Shown here: one piece after another, positions 22,571 to 33,141 of the stretch | How the letters are laid out: every line of letters begins with the position of its first letter | Numbering within the stretch: the stretch's first letter is position 1 | Assembly: GCA_963814585.1 (NCBI GenBank) | Contig: CAWFDF010000011.1 | Coordinates: 128,001-192,000, forward strand | Reading direction: 5' to 3' | Origin: an uncultured delta proteobacterium | Lineage (GTDB): Bacteria > Myxococcota > Myxococcia > Myxococcales > Anaeromyxobacteraceae | DNA length: 64,000 nucleotides | Translations under genes and position numbers: made by a program | The notes under the pieces: model-generated | Told to the model about the DNA's origin: nothing | Databases searched by the model: none | What the model saw: the letters and a program-made list of their open reading frames with translations, nothing else

Positions 22571-23101
22571 GTGAGCCCCAACACCACCCCGTACCAGAAC
22601 ATCACCAAGGCCTACGCGATCGCGCGCGAGAACTACGCGGCCTACCGCTCCGAGTGCGCGCTCTTCGCGGGCACCTTCTCCCGCGGGTTCGCCGACTACC
22701 TCGGGGGCGTTCGCGACGCGATCTCGTACGAGTCGCTGCGCGGTGTTCGCGAGGGCGACGGGCCGGTCGACGTCCAGGAGGCCATGCACCTGGACGAGGA
22801 CACCTACTGGCACTTCGGCATGATGATCCGCGTGGCCGGGGAGAAGACCAGCGACGTGGTTCGCATGCAGGTCCGGTTCAAGAAGATCGAGCGGCGCTTC
22901 GTCATCAACCTGTTCGGGCACGAGGACTTCGAGATCACCGAGCCGAACGCGCTGACGCTGGAGCCGGTGTACGAGCTGCTGGTCGACTCGATCCGGCGGC
23001 ACTACGAGGATGGGCTGCGGCTGTTCCTCGACAAGCGCGGGCAGAACCTGCACCTGCCGTTCTCGGCGGCGAGGCAGGCCGAGATCGCCGGCGGCGCCTA
23101 G
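22571..23101 (+). CDS. Hypothetical protein (~176 aa)
   Basis: GGAGGA RBS before GTG 22571, strong GC3 bias, no recognised motif. Confidence 0.75.
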   Translation: MSPNTTPYQNITKAYAIARENYAAYRSECALFAGTFSRGFADYLGGVRDAISYESLRGVREGDGPVDVQEAMHLDEDTYWHFGMMIRVAGEKTSDVVRMQVRFKKIERRFVINLFGHEDFEITEPNALTLEPVYELLVDSIRRHYEDGLRLFLDKRGQNLHLPFSAARQAEIAGGA

Positions 23102-23136
23102 CGGAACGCCCCCCGCCGCGGCTATGAAGGGACGGC

Positions 23137-24323
23137 ATGGATCGTCCCCAGGGACCTGCCGACGGCGAGGTGAGCGTCCTCTCCGGCATCTCCCAGGTGC
23201 CGGCGACGGAGTGGGACGCCCTCTTCGCCCACGAGCCCGAGGTGGCCAGCCCCTTCGTCCGGCATGCCTTCCTGTCGGCGCTCGAGGAGAGCGGCTCCGT
23301 CACCGCCTCCACCGGGTGGACGCCCCGCCACATCCTGCTGCGGCGTGACGGCCGGCTGGTGGCGGCGGCCCCGGTGTACCTGAAGGAGGGCTCGGAGGGA
23401 GACTTCAGCCGGGACTGGGAGTGGGCCAGCGCGGCGGCACGGGCCGGCGTGCCCTACTACCCCAAGCTGGTGCTGGGCATTCCGGCCACGCCGGTGACCG
23501 GCCGGCGTGTCCTCGTCGCCGCCGGTGAGCCGCGCCAGCCGGCGGTGGAGCGGGTGGTCGAGGCGGCGCGGGCGCTGGTCCGCGCCGAGGAGGCCGGAGG
23601 GCTGCACGCCCTCTTCACCACCGCCGAGGAGGCGCTGGAGCTGGAGGCGGCCGGGCTGGCCCGCCGCGTCGACTTCCAGTACCACTGGCGCAACCAGGGC
23701 GACGCCACCATGGCGCAGTTCCTCGGCCGCTTCTCCTCCAAGCGGCGCCACGCCATCCGGCGCGAGCTCCGGGCGCCGGCCGAGCAGGGGATCACCATCC
23801 GCACGGTGCGCGGCGACGAGCTGGCGCGCAACCCGGGGGGCTGGGCCGACGACTGCTACGAGCTGCACCGCAGCTCGACCGACCAGATGGCCTGGGGCAT
23901 GCGCTGGGTGAACCAGGCCTTCTACCAGCTGGTGCTCTCCCGCATGGCCGACGCCGTCGAGGTGGTGGAGGCGCGTCACCACGGTCGGCTGGTCGGGATG
24001 GCCTTCAACCTGGCCACCGCCACCGCCCTCTACGGCCGCTACTGGGGCGCCATCGAGCACCACCCGTTCCTCCACTTCAACGTGGCGCTGTACCACTCCA
24101 TCGACCAGTGCCTGGCCCGCGGCGGTCCTGCGCTTCGAGGGCGGCGCCGGGGGCGAGCACAAGCTGGCGCGCGGCTTCGAGCCGGCGGAGACCTGGAGCT
24201 GCCACGCCCTGGCCGATCCGCGGCTCGACGCGGCGGTGCGGCGTCACCTCGAGACCGAGCTCGAGGTCGCGGCTCGCCGGCGTGGCCCGCTGGCGGGAGG
24301 AGCACCCCCGCCTGGGAGGTTGA
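23137..24323 (+). CDS. FemAB-like GNAT protein (DUF482 type); two apparent +1 frameshifts near 24124 and 24266
   Basis: PFVRHAFLSALEESGS, YYPKL..P.TPVTG.R, QYHW.N and LYGRYWG. The family-typical FEGGAGGEHKLARGF is present in the next frame. Confidence 0.85.
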
Positions 24324-24465
24324 GGGCGACACGGTCGCGCCGGGCCGTCGAGCGCCTCGCCGGCCCGGCCGGCGGCCGCCCTCACGGCCCCCCTCGCATG
24401 GCCTGAGCCCGGCGCAGCCAGTCAGCCTGCGCCGCAGCAGGGTTCGGGCCAGGTGAGTGGCGCCC

Positions 24466-25215
24466 TCAGCGCCTGCCCCAGTGGAGCAGGATCCGGCGCG
24501 CCCAGCTGGCGCCCCCGTGGGCGGCGGCCAGCTCCCTGGCCCCGCCGAGGAGCGCCTCCAGGCCGGCCGGGCCGAGCGCCGGCCCCACCAGCGAGAGCGA
24601 GCGGAGCACGGCGTCCAGCCGCCGGTCGTCGAGCCGCTCGTGGTGCTGGAACGCCTCGGTGACGTGCGGCGCGGCGCCGGCGTGGGCGAAGAAGAGCTCG
24701 AGGGGCAGCGGGGTGCGCCGGGCCCTCGGGTTGGCGGCCTCCAGCAGCCCGGCCAGCGCCGTCATGAAGGGGGTCTCGGCGAAGCGCGGCTCGACCACCG
24801 CCACCACGCCGCCGCGCCGGACCAGCCGGGCCGCCTCGCGTCCGCAGGGTCCCGCCTCGGTCCAGTGCAGGGCGTCGGCCAGCACCACCAGGTCGAAGGA
24901 CCCGGCAGGCAGCCCGGTCGCCTCGGCCGCGGCGTGGACCGGCAGCACGCCAGGAGGCGGCGGCGATCCCAGGGCGGCGAGCATGGCCCGGGCCGGCTCG
25001 ACGGCGTGGACCGTCAGCCCCGCCGCGGCGAGCGGCAGCGAGAGGTGGCCGGTCCCGGCGCCGAGGTCGGCCGCCCTCGCCGCCGGGCCCCCGGCCAGCG
25101 AGGCCAGCCGGCTCACCAGCCCGGGGGGATACCCCGGCCGGTCCGCGTAGTCCCCGGCCAGCCGGTTGAAGACCCAGCGGCCATCCTCGTGGACGGAGAT
25201 CCCTCGGCGCGACAC
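24466..25215 (-). CDS. Class I SAM-dependent methyltransferase
   Basis: YADRPGYP, ADLGAGTG, AVEP..AM and FDLVVLADALHW. Confidence 0.88.
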   Translation of the reverse strand: MSRRGISVHEDGRWVFNRLAGDYADRPGYPPGLVSRLASLAGGPAARAADLGAGTGHLSLPLAAAGLTVHAVEPARAMLAALGSPPPPGVLPVHAAAEATGLPAGSFDLVVLADALHWTEAGPCGREAARLVRRGGVVAVVEPRFAETPFMTALAGLLEAANPRARRTPLPLELFFAHAGAAPHVTEAFQHHERLDDRRLDAVLRSLSLVGPALGPAGLEALLGGARELAAAHGGASWARRILLHWGRR

Positions 25216-25298
25216 GGCCGCACGCTACCACCGCCCAGGCGTGACCCGCGCGGGTTCGCCGGCACACCGGCCATGACCGGGGTAATCTCCCACCCCGC

Positions 25299-26558
25299 AT
25301 GAACCTCACGGAGCCTGCCGGACGCGTCGTCCGCGCCCTCGTCGCCACCCGCGCCCGCCGCGTCGCCGTCGGCGCCGTCATCCTCGTCGCGGCGCTGCTG
25401 GCGGTCCGCGCCCTGCGGGGCCGCGAGGTGCCGGCCTACCTCGCCGAGTCCCGCCCGGTGGTCCAGAAGGTGGTGGCGACGGGACGGGTCCGTCCGCTGG
25501 CGCGCCTCTCGCTCGGCAGCCTGGCGCTGGGGCGGGTCCGCGCCGTGCTGGTGCGCGAGGGTGACCAGGTCGCCGGAGGCCAGGTCCTCGTCAAGCTGGA
25601 GGACGTCGAGCAGGCCGCGGCGCTCCGCCAGGCCCAGGGTCGCGTGGCCGAGGCGGCGGCGCGCCTGGAGCAGGTGCGCGGCGTGGCCGGCCGGCAGGCC
25701 GCCGAGGCGCTCCACCAGGCCGAGCTGAGGGTGGCGCAGGCGGAGCAGGACCTGGTCCGGGCCCGACAGCTGGCGGAGGCGGGGAGCACGTCGAGGCAGG
25801 CCATGGAGGACGCCGAGCGGACGCTGGCCCTGGCCCGGAGCCAGCGCGAGACGGCCGCGGCGCAGGCCGCCTCCGCGGGCGGCGCCGACGAGCGACTGGT
25901 GGCGGCGTCGCTGGCGCAGTCGGAGGCGGCGCGGTCGGTGGCGGCGTCGAAGCTGGCCGAGACCGAGATCCGAGCGCCGTCGTCCGGCCAGGTGGTGGCG
26001 CGCGACGTCGAGCCGGGCGACGTGGTGACGGCCGGGAAGGTGCTCCTGGCCATGACCGCCGAGGGCGCCATCGAGCTGACCGCGCAGGTGGACGAGAAGA
26101 ACCTGTCGCTGCTGCTGGTGGGCCAGCCGGCCAGGGCCAGCGCCGACGCCTTCCCGGAGCAGGTCTTCGACGCCGCGGTGGCGCTCATCGCCCCGTCGGT
26201 CGACGCCTCCCGCGGCACCGTGGAGGTCCGGCTCCAGGTCCCCTCACCGCCGCCGGTGCTGCGAGCCGACATGACCGTCTCCGTCAACGTCGAGGTGGGA
26301 CGCAAGGACCGGGCGCTGGTGATCCCGGCCGACGTCATCCGCGATCCCACCGGTGAGCCCTGGGTGCTGGCCATCGCCGGCCGCCACGCCGAGCGGCGCC
26401 CCGTGAAGCTGGGGATGCGGGGCGACGGGCTGGTGGAGGTCATCGCCGGGCTCTCGGCGGGAGAGGCCGTGGTGGCGCCGTCGGCCGGGTTCGTGGCGGA
26501 GGGGGAGCGGGTGCGGGCGCGGCCGCTGCCGGCCCCGGGAGCCGGGCATGCCCTTTGA
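25299..26558 (+). CDS. Efflux periplasmic adaptor (MacA/HlyD-like membrane fusion protein)
   Basis: N-terminal TM, lipoyl half-motifs (GRVRAVLVREGDQV; IRAPSSGQVVARDVEPGDVV) flanking a coiled coil. Confidence 0.9.
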   Translation: MNLTEPAGRVVRALVATRARRVAVGAVILVAALLAVRALRGREVPAYLAESRPVVQKVVATGRVRPLARLSLGSLALGRVRAVLVREGDQVAGGQVLVKLEDVEQAAALRQAQGRVAEAAARLEQVRGVAGRQAAEALHQAELRVAQAEQDLVRARQLAEAGSTSRQAMEDAERTLALARSQRETAAAQAASAGGADERLVAASLAQSEAARSVAASKLAETEIRAPSSGQVVARDVEPGDVVTAGKVLLAMTAEGAIELTAQVDEKNLSLLLVGQPARASADAFPEQVFDAAVALIAPSVDASRGTVEVRLQVPSPPPVLRADMTVSVNVEVGRKDRALVIPADVIRDPTGEPWVLAIAGRHAERRPVKLGMRGDGLVEVIAGLSAGEAVVAPSAGFVAEGERVRARPLPAPGAGHAL

Positions 26559-27765
26559 GCTCTTCGTGGCCCTCCGCTTCCTGAGGGAAGGGAAGGCGCA
26601 GACCGCCCTGATCCTCGGCGGGACCACCATCGGCGTGGCGGTGATCATCTTCCTCTCCGCGCTCATCGGCGGGTTGCAGGCCACGCTCATCGACCAGACG
26701 CTCTCCGCGCAGGCCCACGTCATCCTGAAGCGGCCCGAGCGCGTGGCGAGGGTGATGGCGCCGCCGGGAGGCGCCGCGGTGGTGGCCCGGCTGGAGAAGG
26801 CGCCGGAGCGCGAGAAGTCGATCGAGCAGTGGCAGGCCCTGCTCGGCGAGATCCGCGCCACCCCTGGGGTGGTGGCCGCCACCCCGACCGCGGCCGGCTC
26901 GGCCTTCGCCTCGCGCGGCGAGCTCTCCAGGTCGGTGGCGCTGCGCGGGCTCGATCGCCAGACCTTTGACCAGGTCATCAAGCTGGTCCCGCGAATCACC
27001 GTGGGGTCGTTCCGCGTCGACGGCACCGAGGCGGTGATCGGGACGGTGCTGGCCCGGGACCTCGGCGTCGAGGTCGGCGACAAGCTCCGGCTCACCACCG
27101 CGCAGGGGCGCGGCGACGTCTTCACGGTGAGCGGCATCTTCGACGTCGGCAACAAGGACGTGAACCAGCGCTGGGTGCTGGTGTCGCTCCGCCAGGCCCA
27201 GACCCTGCTCGACCTCGCCGGGGGCATCACCACCATCGAGGTGAAGGTGGACCAGGTCTTCGCCGCCGAGGCCATGTCGCAGGAGCTCTCGGCGCTCACC
27301 GGGCTGACCGCCGAGAGCTGGATGAGGCTCAACCAGCAGCTGCTCAACGGGCTGCAGGCGCAGAGCTCCTCCTCGGTGATGATCCAGGCCTTCGTGGTGA
27401 TCGCGGTGGCGCTCGGCATCGCCTCGGTGCTGGGCGTCTCGGTGATCCAGAAGAGCCGCGAGATCGGCATCCTCAAGGCCACCGGCACCAGCACCGGCAC
27501 GGTGCTTCGCATCTTCCTCATCGAGGGGGCCATCGTCGGCGCGGTGGGCTCGATGCTCGGAGGCGTCATCGGGGCCGGCCTCTCCAGCTTCTTCGCCCAC
27601 GCCGTGAAGAACCCCTACGGCGAGTCGCTCTTCCCCATCCAGCTGACCCCGCGCCTCTTCCTCACCGCCGCGGCGGTGGCGCTGGTGACTGGCCTGGTCT
27701 CGGCCTGGTATCCGGCCCGCCACGCGGCCCGCCTCGACCCGGCCCAGGTGATCCGCGGTGGCTGA
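26548..27765 (+). CDS. ABC transporter permease (MacB/LolE/FtsX family)
   Basis: [24 protein letters not shown] and [11 protein letters not shown]. Confidence 0.9.
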   Translation: MPFELFVALRFLREGKAQTALILGGTTIGVAVIIFLSALIGGLQATLIDQTLSAQAHVILKRPERVARVMAPPGGAAVVARLEKAPEREKSIEQWQALLGEIRATPGVVAATPTAAGSAFASRGELSRSVALRGLDRQTFDQVIKLVPRITVGSFRVDGTEAVIGTVLARDLGVEVGDKLRLTTAQGRGDVFTVSGIFDVGNKDVNQRWVLVSLRQAQTLLDLAGGITTIEVKVDQVFAAEAMSQELSALTGLTAESWMRLNQQLLNGLQAQSSSSVMIQAFVVIAVALGIASVLGVSVIQKSREIGILKATGTSTGTVLRIFLIEGAIVGAVGSMLGGVIGAGLSSFFAHAVKNPYGESLFPIQLTPRLFLTAAAVALVTGLVSAWYPARHAARLDPAQVIRGG

Positions 27766-28462
27766 CCCGGTCGTCGAGCTCCAGGGGGTGGTGAAGGACT
27801 ACGGCGACGTGGTCCGGACCCGGGTGCTCCACGGCCTCGACCTGCGCGTCGAGGCGGGCGAGTTCACCGCGCTGATCGGCCCGTCCGGCTCTGGCAAGTC
27901 CACCCTGCTCAACCTCATCGGCTTGCTGGATCGCCCCACCGAGGGGCGGCTCCTCATCGCCGGCGAGGAGACCGGCGCGCTCGACGACGACGGCCTGACC
28001 CGCCACCGGGGCCGGTCGATCGGCTTCGTCTTCCAGTTCCACCACCTGCTGCCCGAGTTCTCCGCCGTCGAGAACGTGATGATCCCGATGATGGCGCTGC
28101 GCGGCCGGCAGGACCCGTCCATGCGCGAGTGCGCCGGCGCGCTGCTCGGGCAGGTGGGGCTGGGCCAGCTCCTCGATCGCCGCGCCACGCTCCTCTCCGG
28201 CGGGCAGCAGCAGCGCGTCGCCATCGCCCGGGCGCTGGCCATGGCGCCCAGGCTGGTGCTGGCCGACGAGCCGACCGGAAACCTCGACACCGCCAGCGCC
28301 GACGAGATCTTCACGCTGCTGCGCCAGTTCAACGAGAGGGCCGGCACCACCTTCCTCATCGTCACCCACGACCCACGGCTGGCGGCGCGCTGCGACCGGA
28401 TCGTCGAGCTGGTGGACGGGCGGGTGGTCTCCGACCGGCCCAACCAGGCGAGGCGGCCGTGA
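27758..28462 (+). CDS. ABC transporter ATP-binding protein (LolD/MacB type)
   Basis: [33 protein letters not shown] and VTHD. Confidence 0.93.
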   Translation: MADPVVELQGVVKDYGDVVRTRVLHGLDLRVEAGEFTALIGPSGSGKSTLLNLIGLLDRPTEGRLLIAGEETGALDDDGLTRHRGRSIGFVFQFHHLLPEFSAVENVMIPMMALRGRQDPSMRECAGALLGQVGLGQLLDRRATLLSGGQQQRVAIARALAMAPRLVLADEPTGNLDTASADEIFTLLRQFNERAGTTFLIVTHDPRLAARCDRIVELVDGRVVSDRPNQARRP

Positions 28463-28836
28463 GCGTCCCGGTGGCGACGGCGCTGCGGTCCGCGGCGCGG
28501 CGGGCCGTCCGGCTCCCCGAGGCCGCGCTGCGGGCCGAGTGCGAGGAGACCTTCTTCACCGCGGGTGGCCCGGGCGGGCAGCATCGCAACAAGACCGAGA
28601 GCGGCGTGCGGCTGCTGCACCGGCCCACCGGGGTCCTGGTCACCGCCACCGAGCGGCGCAGCCAGGTGCAGAACCGCGGCGAGGCGCTCAAGCGGCTGCG
28701 GGCCCGGCTGGCCGAGCTCGGGGTGGAGCCGAAGCGGCGGCGGCCGACCCGGCCGACGCGCGGCTCGCAGGAGCGCCGCATCGCCGAGAAGAAGCACCGG
28801 GCGGCGCACAAGGCGGAGCGGTCCCGGCTCGACTGA
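28459..28836 (+). CDS. arfB: Peptidyl-tRNA hydrolase ribosome-rescue factor, ArfB/YaeJ-like
   Basis: [13 protein letters not shown] (GGQ motif), RSQ..N and basic tail [18 protein letters not shown] 28459 overlaps the upstream stop. Confidence 0.8.
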   Translation: MSVPVATALRSAARRAVRLPEAALRAECEETFFTAGGPGGQHRNKTESGVRLLHRPTGVLVTATERRSQVQNRGEALKRLRARLAELGVEPKRRRPTRPTRGSQERRIAEKKHRAAHKAERSRLD

Positions 28837-28862
28837 CCTGGACGGCCGCGCCGGCCGGGTGC

Positions 28863-29225
28863 TCAGGGCGCGGCGGCCGACGCCGCCGGCGCCGGCTCGG
28901 CCAGCCCGGCCCGCACCAGCCGATCGACGGACGACTTCACCTCGGCCGGCTCGATGCCGCTGGACTCCATGGCCTGGACCAGGTCGTTGAGGCCGCGCTG
29001 GTGGCCGCGCAGCTCGCTGAGCAGCAGGCCGTCGCCGGGCTGCACCCCGAACGGCGCGGCCCAGGCCGCCAGCGCCGTGTCGAGGGTGGCGCGGCCGCTT
29101 CCGCGCGAGCCGTTGACCGCGTCACGATGCAGCTGGTCGGCGGCCTCGCCCGCGGCGGAGAGGACGAACTTCTGGCCGCGGGGCCAGCGGCGCGGGGCGC
29201 CGGACGTGAGCCGTTCGGTGTGCAT
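28863..29225 (-). CDS. Hypothetical protein (possible C-terminal winged helix)
   Basis: 120-aa ORF from ATG 29225 ending LNDLVQAMESSGIEPAEVKSSVDRLVRAGLAEP. Confidence 0.65.
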   Translation of the reverse strand: MHTERLTSGAPRRWPRGQKFVLSAAGEAADQLHRDAVNGSRGSGRATLDTALAAWAAPFGVQPGDGLLLSELRGHQRGLNDLVQAMESSGIEPAEVKSSVDRLVRAGLAEPAPAASAAAP

Positions 29226-29283
29226 GGGAGGGGCAGGTATCCGCCCTCGCCAGCCCGAAGTCAACGGCCCCCGGCCGCCGCCC

Positions 29284-31824
29284 TCACGTCCCGACGCGCA
29301 GCAGCGTGAGCAGCGGCCGGTCGGGGTCGAAGGTGCCCGACAGGTCGACGTGGCACTGCACCATCCAGTCCACCTCGCCCGCCTCGTCCACCAGCCGCTG
29401 CACCGCCTCCCAGCGGCGCGGGGCGAGCTCCTTCAGGAAGGTGTGGTGGGGCTTGCGCGCGGCCGGGGTCTGGTCGATGCGCGGGTGCTCGGCGAAGTAG
29501 GGGGCCAGCTCGGCCTCCAGCCGCGTGGCCGGCCACTCGGCCGGGTCGGCCAGCGCCTCCGCGGCGGCCACCCAGTCCCGGCGCGCCAGCGCCGCCACCA
29601 GCCGGTGCAGCTCGGTCCGCAGCCGGGCCGCGAAGGCGCGGGCGTCGGCCCAGATGGGCGGCGGGGCCACCGGCCGGGTGAGCGCCTCCAGCGGCGCCGC
29701 CTGGTAGGCCGGATTGCGCAGCCGCTCCCACTCGTCGAGCAGGGAGGAGTCGACGCCGCGCACCGTGGTCCGCAGGAAGGCGATGACGTCCTCCAGGGTC
29801 TCGTCGCGATAGGCGGCCGGCACCGTCTGCACCAGCGTCTTGTAGCTCTCGGTGAGGTAGCGGAGCAGCAGCCCCTCGGAGCGGGGCAGCTCGTACTCGC
29901 GCACGTACTCGCCGAAGGTCATGAACCGCTCCGCCATCTCCCGGGCCACCGACTTGGGCCGGATGTTCTCGGCGCCCACCCAGGGGTGCTTCTCGGCGAA
30001 GTCGTTGAAGGTGGCGTAGACGAAGTCGCGGTTGGGCTTGGGGTACTCCACCTCCTCGAGCGCCTTCATCCGCTCGTCGTACTCCACGCCCTCGGCCTTC
30101 ATCCGCGCCACGGCCTCGCCGCGGGCCCGGTCGAGCTGCTTCCAGAGGATCTGGTCGGGGTTCTCCTGGATCGACTCCACCATGGAGAGCACGTCGAGCG
30201 CGTAGGTCTCCGAGTCGCGCGGGATCCTCGGGAGCGTGTCGAGCAGGTAGAGCGAGAGGGTGTGGAAGAGGGAGAAGTCCTTCTGCAGCCCCTCGGCCGG
30301 GCGCAGGTAGGCGCCCCGGTAGCCGTCGATCCGCTCGAGCCGGACCAGGCCGGCCAGCCGGAGGGTCCGCAGCCGCTGCGCCGCCGCCACCCGGTGCCGG
30401 TGCTGGAGGACCTCGGTGCCGTGCGAGCGGGCGATGAGCCGCACCAGCCGGCCGTATCCGCCGCCGCGCTCGGTGGTCTCGCTCTGCAGCAGGTTGACCA
30501 GCAGCGTGAAGGACGGCTCGAAGCGGCTCTGCAGCGGCTCCGGCTCCTTCGCCTGGAGCCGCTCGAAGGTCTGGCGGTCGAAGTGGACGTAGCCCTTGGT
30601 GGGCGGCTGCTTCTTGACGATCTTCTTGCCCGCCTTCTCCTTCTCGGCCAGGCGCCTGTTCTCGACCACGTGCTCGGGCGCCTGCGCCAGCACGTAGCCC
30701 CGCTCGTCGAAGCCCTTGCGCCCGGCCCGCCCGGCGATCTGGTGGAAGTCGCGGGCCGGGAGGACCACCGTCTTCTCGCCGTCGAACTTGCAGAGCTGCG
30801 TGAAGAGCACGGTGCGGATGGGGATGTTGACGCCCACGCCGAGCGTGTCGGTGCCGGAGATCACCTTGAGCAGCCCCTGCTGGGCCAGCCGCTCGACCAG
30901 CAGGCGGTACCTCGGCAGCAGGCCGGCGTGGTGCAGGCCGATGCCGTGGCGCAGGAAGCGCTGCAGCTCCTTGCCGTAGGGGGAGTCGAAGCGGAAGCCC
31001 TCCAGCGCCACGCGGATCGCCTCCTTCTCCTCCCGGGACGAGAAGGTGGCGCTCATCAGGTTCTGCGCCTGCTCGGCGGCGGCCCGCTGCGTGAAGTTGA
31101 CGAGGTAGACCGGCGCCCGCCTGGACGAGACCAGCTCCTCGAGCGTCTCGTGGAGCGGCGTCTCTCGCCAGGAGAACTCCAGCGGCACCGGCCGGTCGGC
31201 CGATCGGACCGCCGCCACCTCGCGACCGGTCACCTCCTTCAACGAGGCCTCGATGGCGGTGGTGTCGCCCAGCGTGGCCGACATGAGCAGGAAGGTGGCC
31301 TTCTCGAGCGCCAGCAGGGGCACCTGCCACGCCACGCCGCGCTCGCGGTCGCCGTAGTAGTGGAACTCGTCCATCACGATGGCGTCGTCGCGCAGGGTCT
31401 TCTCGCGGACCGCCACGTTCATGAGGATCTCGGCGGTGCAGCAGAGGATGGAGGCGTCGCGGTTGACGGCGCCGTCGCCGGTCATCATGCCGACGCGCTC
31501 GGGGCCGAAGAGCCGGCACAGGTCGAAGAACTTCTCGTTGACCAGCGCCTTGATGGGGCAGGTGTAGAAGCTGCGCCGGCCCTCGCAGAGGGCCTTGAAG
31601 TGCAGGAAGGTCGCCACCAGCGACTTGCCCGAGCCGGTCGGCGTGGCCAGCACCAGGTGGCGCCCGTCCAGCAGCTGCAGCAGCGCCTCCTCCTGGTGCG
31701 GGTAGAGCGTCATGCCGGTGCCGGCCACCCAGCCGAGGAAGCGGTCGAGGACGGCGTCGGCGGCCAGCCGCTCGCCGGGTGCGGGGAGGAGTGCGGCGAG
31801 CGGGGCGATGGCTGGGGTGGTCAT
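29284..31824 (-). CDS. Ski2/HelY-like DEAD/DEAH helicase (DUF3516 type)
   Basis: TPTGSGKS, PIKALVNEK, DEFH, MSAT, HHAGLLP and QIAGRAGRKG. Confidence 0.92.
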   Translation of the reverse strand: MTTPAIAPLAALLPAPGERLAADAVLDRFLGWVAGTGMTLYPHQEEALLQLLDGRHLVLATPTGSGKSLVATFLHFKALCEGRRSFYTCPIKALVNEKFFDLCRLFGPERVGMMTGDGAVNRDASILCCTAEILMNVAVREKTLRDDAIVMDEFHYYGDRERGVAWQVPLLALEKATFLLMSATLGDTTAIEASLKEVTGREVAAVRSADRPVPLEFSWRETPLHETLEELVSSRRAPVYLVNFTQRAAAEQAQNLMSATFSSREEKEAIRVALEGFRFDSPYGKELQRFLRHGIGLHHAGLLPRYRLLVERLAQQGLLKVISGTDTLGVGVNIPIRTVLFTQLCKFDGEKTVVLPARDFHQIAGRAGRKGFDERGYVLAQAPEHVVENRRLAEKEKAGKKIVKKQPPTKGYVHFDRQTFERLQAKEPEPLQSRFEPSFTLLVNLLQSETTERGGGYGRLVRLIARSHGTEVLQHRHRVAAAQRLRTLRLAGLVRLERIDGYRGAYLRPAEGLQKDFSLFHTLSLYLLDTLPRIPRDSETYALDVLSMVESIQENPDQILWKQLDRARGEAVARMKAEGVEYDERMKALEEVEYPKPNRDFVYATFNDFAEKHPWVGAENIRPKSVAREMAERFMTFGEYVREYELPRSEGLLLRYLTESYKTLVQTVPAAYRDETLEDVIAFLRTTVRGVDSSLLDEWERLRNPAYQAAPLEALTRPVAPPPIWADARAFAARLRTELHRLVAALARRDWVAAAEALADPAEWPATRLEAELAPYFAEHPRIDQTPAARKPHHTFLKELAPRRWEAVQRLVDEAGEVDWMVQCHVDLSGTFDPDRPLLTLLRVGT

Positions 31825-31946
31825 GTGGAAGGCGGCAACCTACCGCGACGCCCCTTCACGATCCATTTGGGGTGGCGGGGGGCGTGGACCTGCGCCACAA
31901 TCGCGCCTCCCGAACACCCGGGCCCGCCACGGACTCCAGGAACCTC

Positions 31947-33011
31947 ATGAACGCGCGCAAGTACTCCCTCTACGGCGTGATCCTCGGCGTCTTCCTCCCG
32001 CTCGTCGGCATCATCATCGAGGCCGGGACCAGCGCCGCCGGCCTCACCAGCGAGGGCGTGCTGCTCGCCATCCAGAAGCCGCTGGTCCTCATCGTGCTCA
32101 CCGCGCCGCTCTTCCTCGGCGCCTTCGCCTACATGGCCGGCCACGCCCAGGACGAGGCGGTCCGGTCCGAGGCAGGCCGTCGCGAGGGCTTCCTGCAGGC
32201 GGCGCGGACGCTGGTGTCGATGGCCCAGTCGCTCCTCTCCAACGTCAGCGCCTTCTCCAGCATGACCGCCGAGACGGCCGCCAGCGTTCGCGAGACCACC
32301 GCCACCATGGGCCAGCTGGCCCAGACTGCCACCAAGGCGGCGCTCACCGCCGAGACCGTGATCGGACTGGCCCAGGCCGGCGCGCGGGTCTCGGCCGACG
32401 GCCTCAAGGCGGTCGACCTGAGCCAGGGCGAGATGGCCAAGCTGGCCGACGAGGTGCGTCAGCTCTCCCAGCGGATCGAGGCCCTCAACGCCCGGATGCG
32501 CGACATCTTCGAGATCGCCTCGGTGGTGAACTACATCGCCGACCGCTCCCAGCGGCTGGCCGATCGCGCGGCGCAGGAGGCCGTCGCGGCCGGCGCCGGC
32601 GCGGGTGGCTTCGCGGACGTGGTCGGTGAGATGCGCCACCACGCCGAGGACGCCAAGCGGGCCGCGGTGCAGGTGAAGGGGATCCTCTCGGAGGTCCACA
32701 AGGCGATGCTGGCGGCCATGACCGCGGCCGAGGTCGGGATCCGGCGGGCCGAGCAGGGCGCCACGGTGGCGTCGGGCACCGGCGACACGATCCGCCGGCT
32801 GGCCACGGCGCTGCGCGACTCGTCGGAGGCGGCCCGGGAGATCGCCACGGTGGCGCAGCAGCAGGACCACGGCATCGAGCAGGTGCTGAAGGCGATGAAC
32901 GAGATCTACCTGGCCACCCAGGAGACCATGTCCAACATCCAGTCGGTCGCCACCGAGGCCCGCGCGCTCAACGACATGGCGACCGGCCTGAAGCGGGCGG
33001 TGTCGGACTAG
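31947..33011 (+). CDS. Methyl-accepting chemotaxis-like protein with degenerate signalling tip
   Basis: Two N-terminal TM helices, then MCP heptads (ETAASVRETTATMGQL; AQQQDHGIEQVLKAMNEI). ATG 31947 with AGGA RBS. Confidence 0.8.
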   Translation: MNARKYSLYGVILGVFLPLVGIIIEAGTSAAGLTSEGVLLAIQKPLVLIVLTAPLFLGAFAYMAGHAQDEAVRSEAGRREGFLQAARTLVSMAQSLLSNVSAFSSMTAETAASVRETTATMGQLAQTATKAALTAETVIGLAQAGARVSADGLKAVDLSQGEMAKLADEVRQLSQRIEALNARMRDIFEIASVVNYIADRSQRLADRAAQEAVAAGAGAGGFADVVGEMRHHAEDAKRAAVQVKGILSEVHKAMLAAMTAAEVGIRRAEQGATVASGTGDTIRRLATALRDSSEAAREIATVAQQQDHGIEQVLKAMNEIYLATQETMSNIQSVATEARALNDMATGLKRAVSD

Positions 33012-33097
33012 GGCCCCGACCCAGGCTCGTGCCCCGACCCAGGCAAGACGACGTGACGAGAGAGCCGAGACCGAAGCGAGGCTGGCGCCCGAGGAAG
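33009..33097. mobile_element. Partial second copy of the 7138-7318 element, with a duplicated terminal motif
   Basis: GTGCCCCGACCCAGGCAAGACGACGTGACGAGAGAGCCGAGACCGAAGCGAGGCTGGCGCC nearly matches the reverse complement of about 7255-7316. It is preceded by TAGGGCCCCGACCCAGGC at the MCP stop. Confidence 0.7.
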
Positions 33098-33141
33098 ATG
33101 ACGGCGGAGGCGGCCGGGCGAACCCGGACCTGGAGGAGCCC

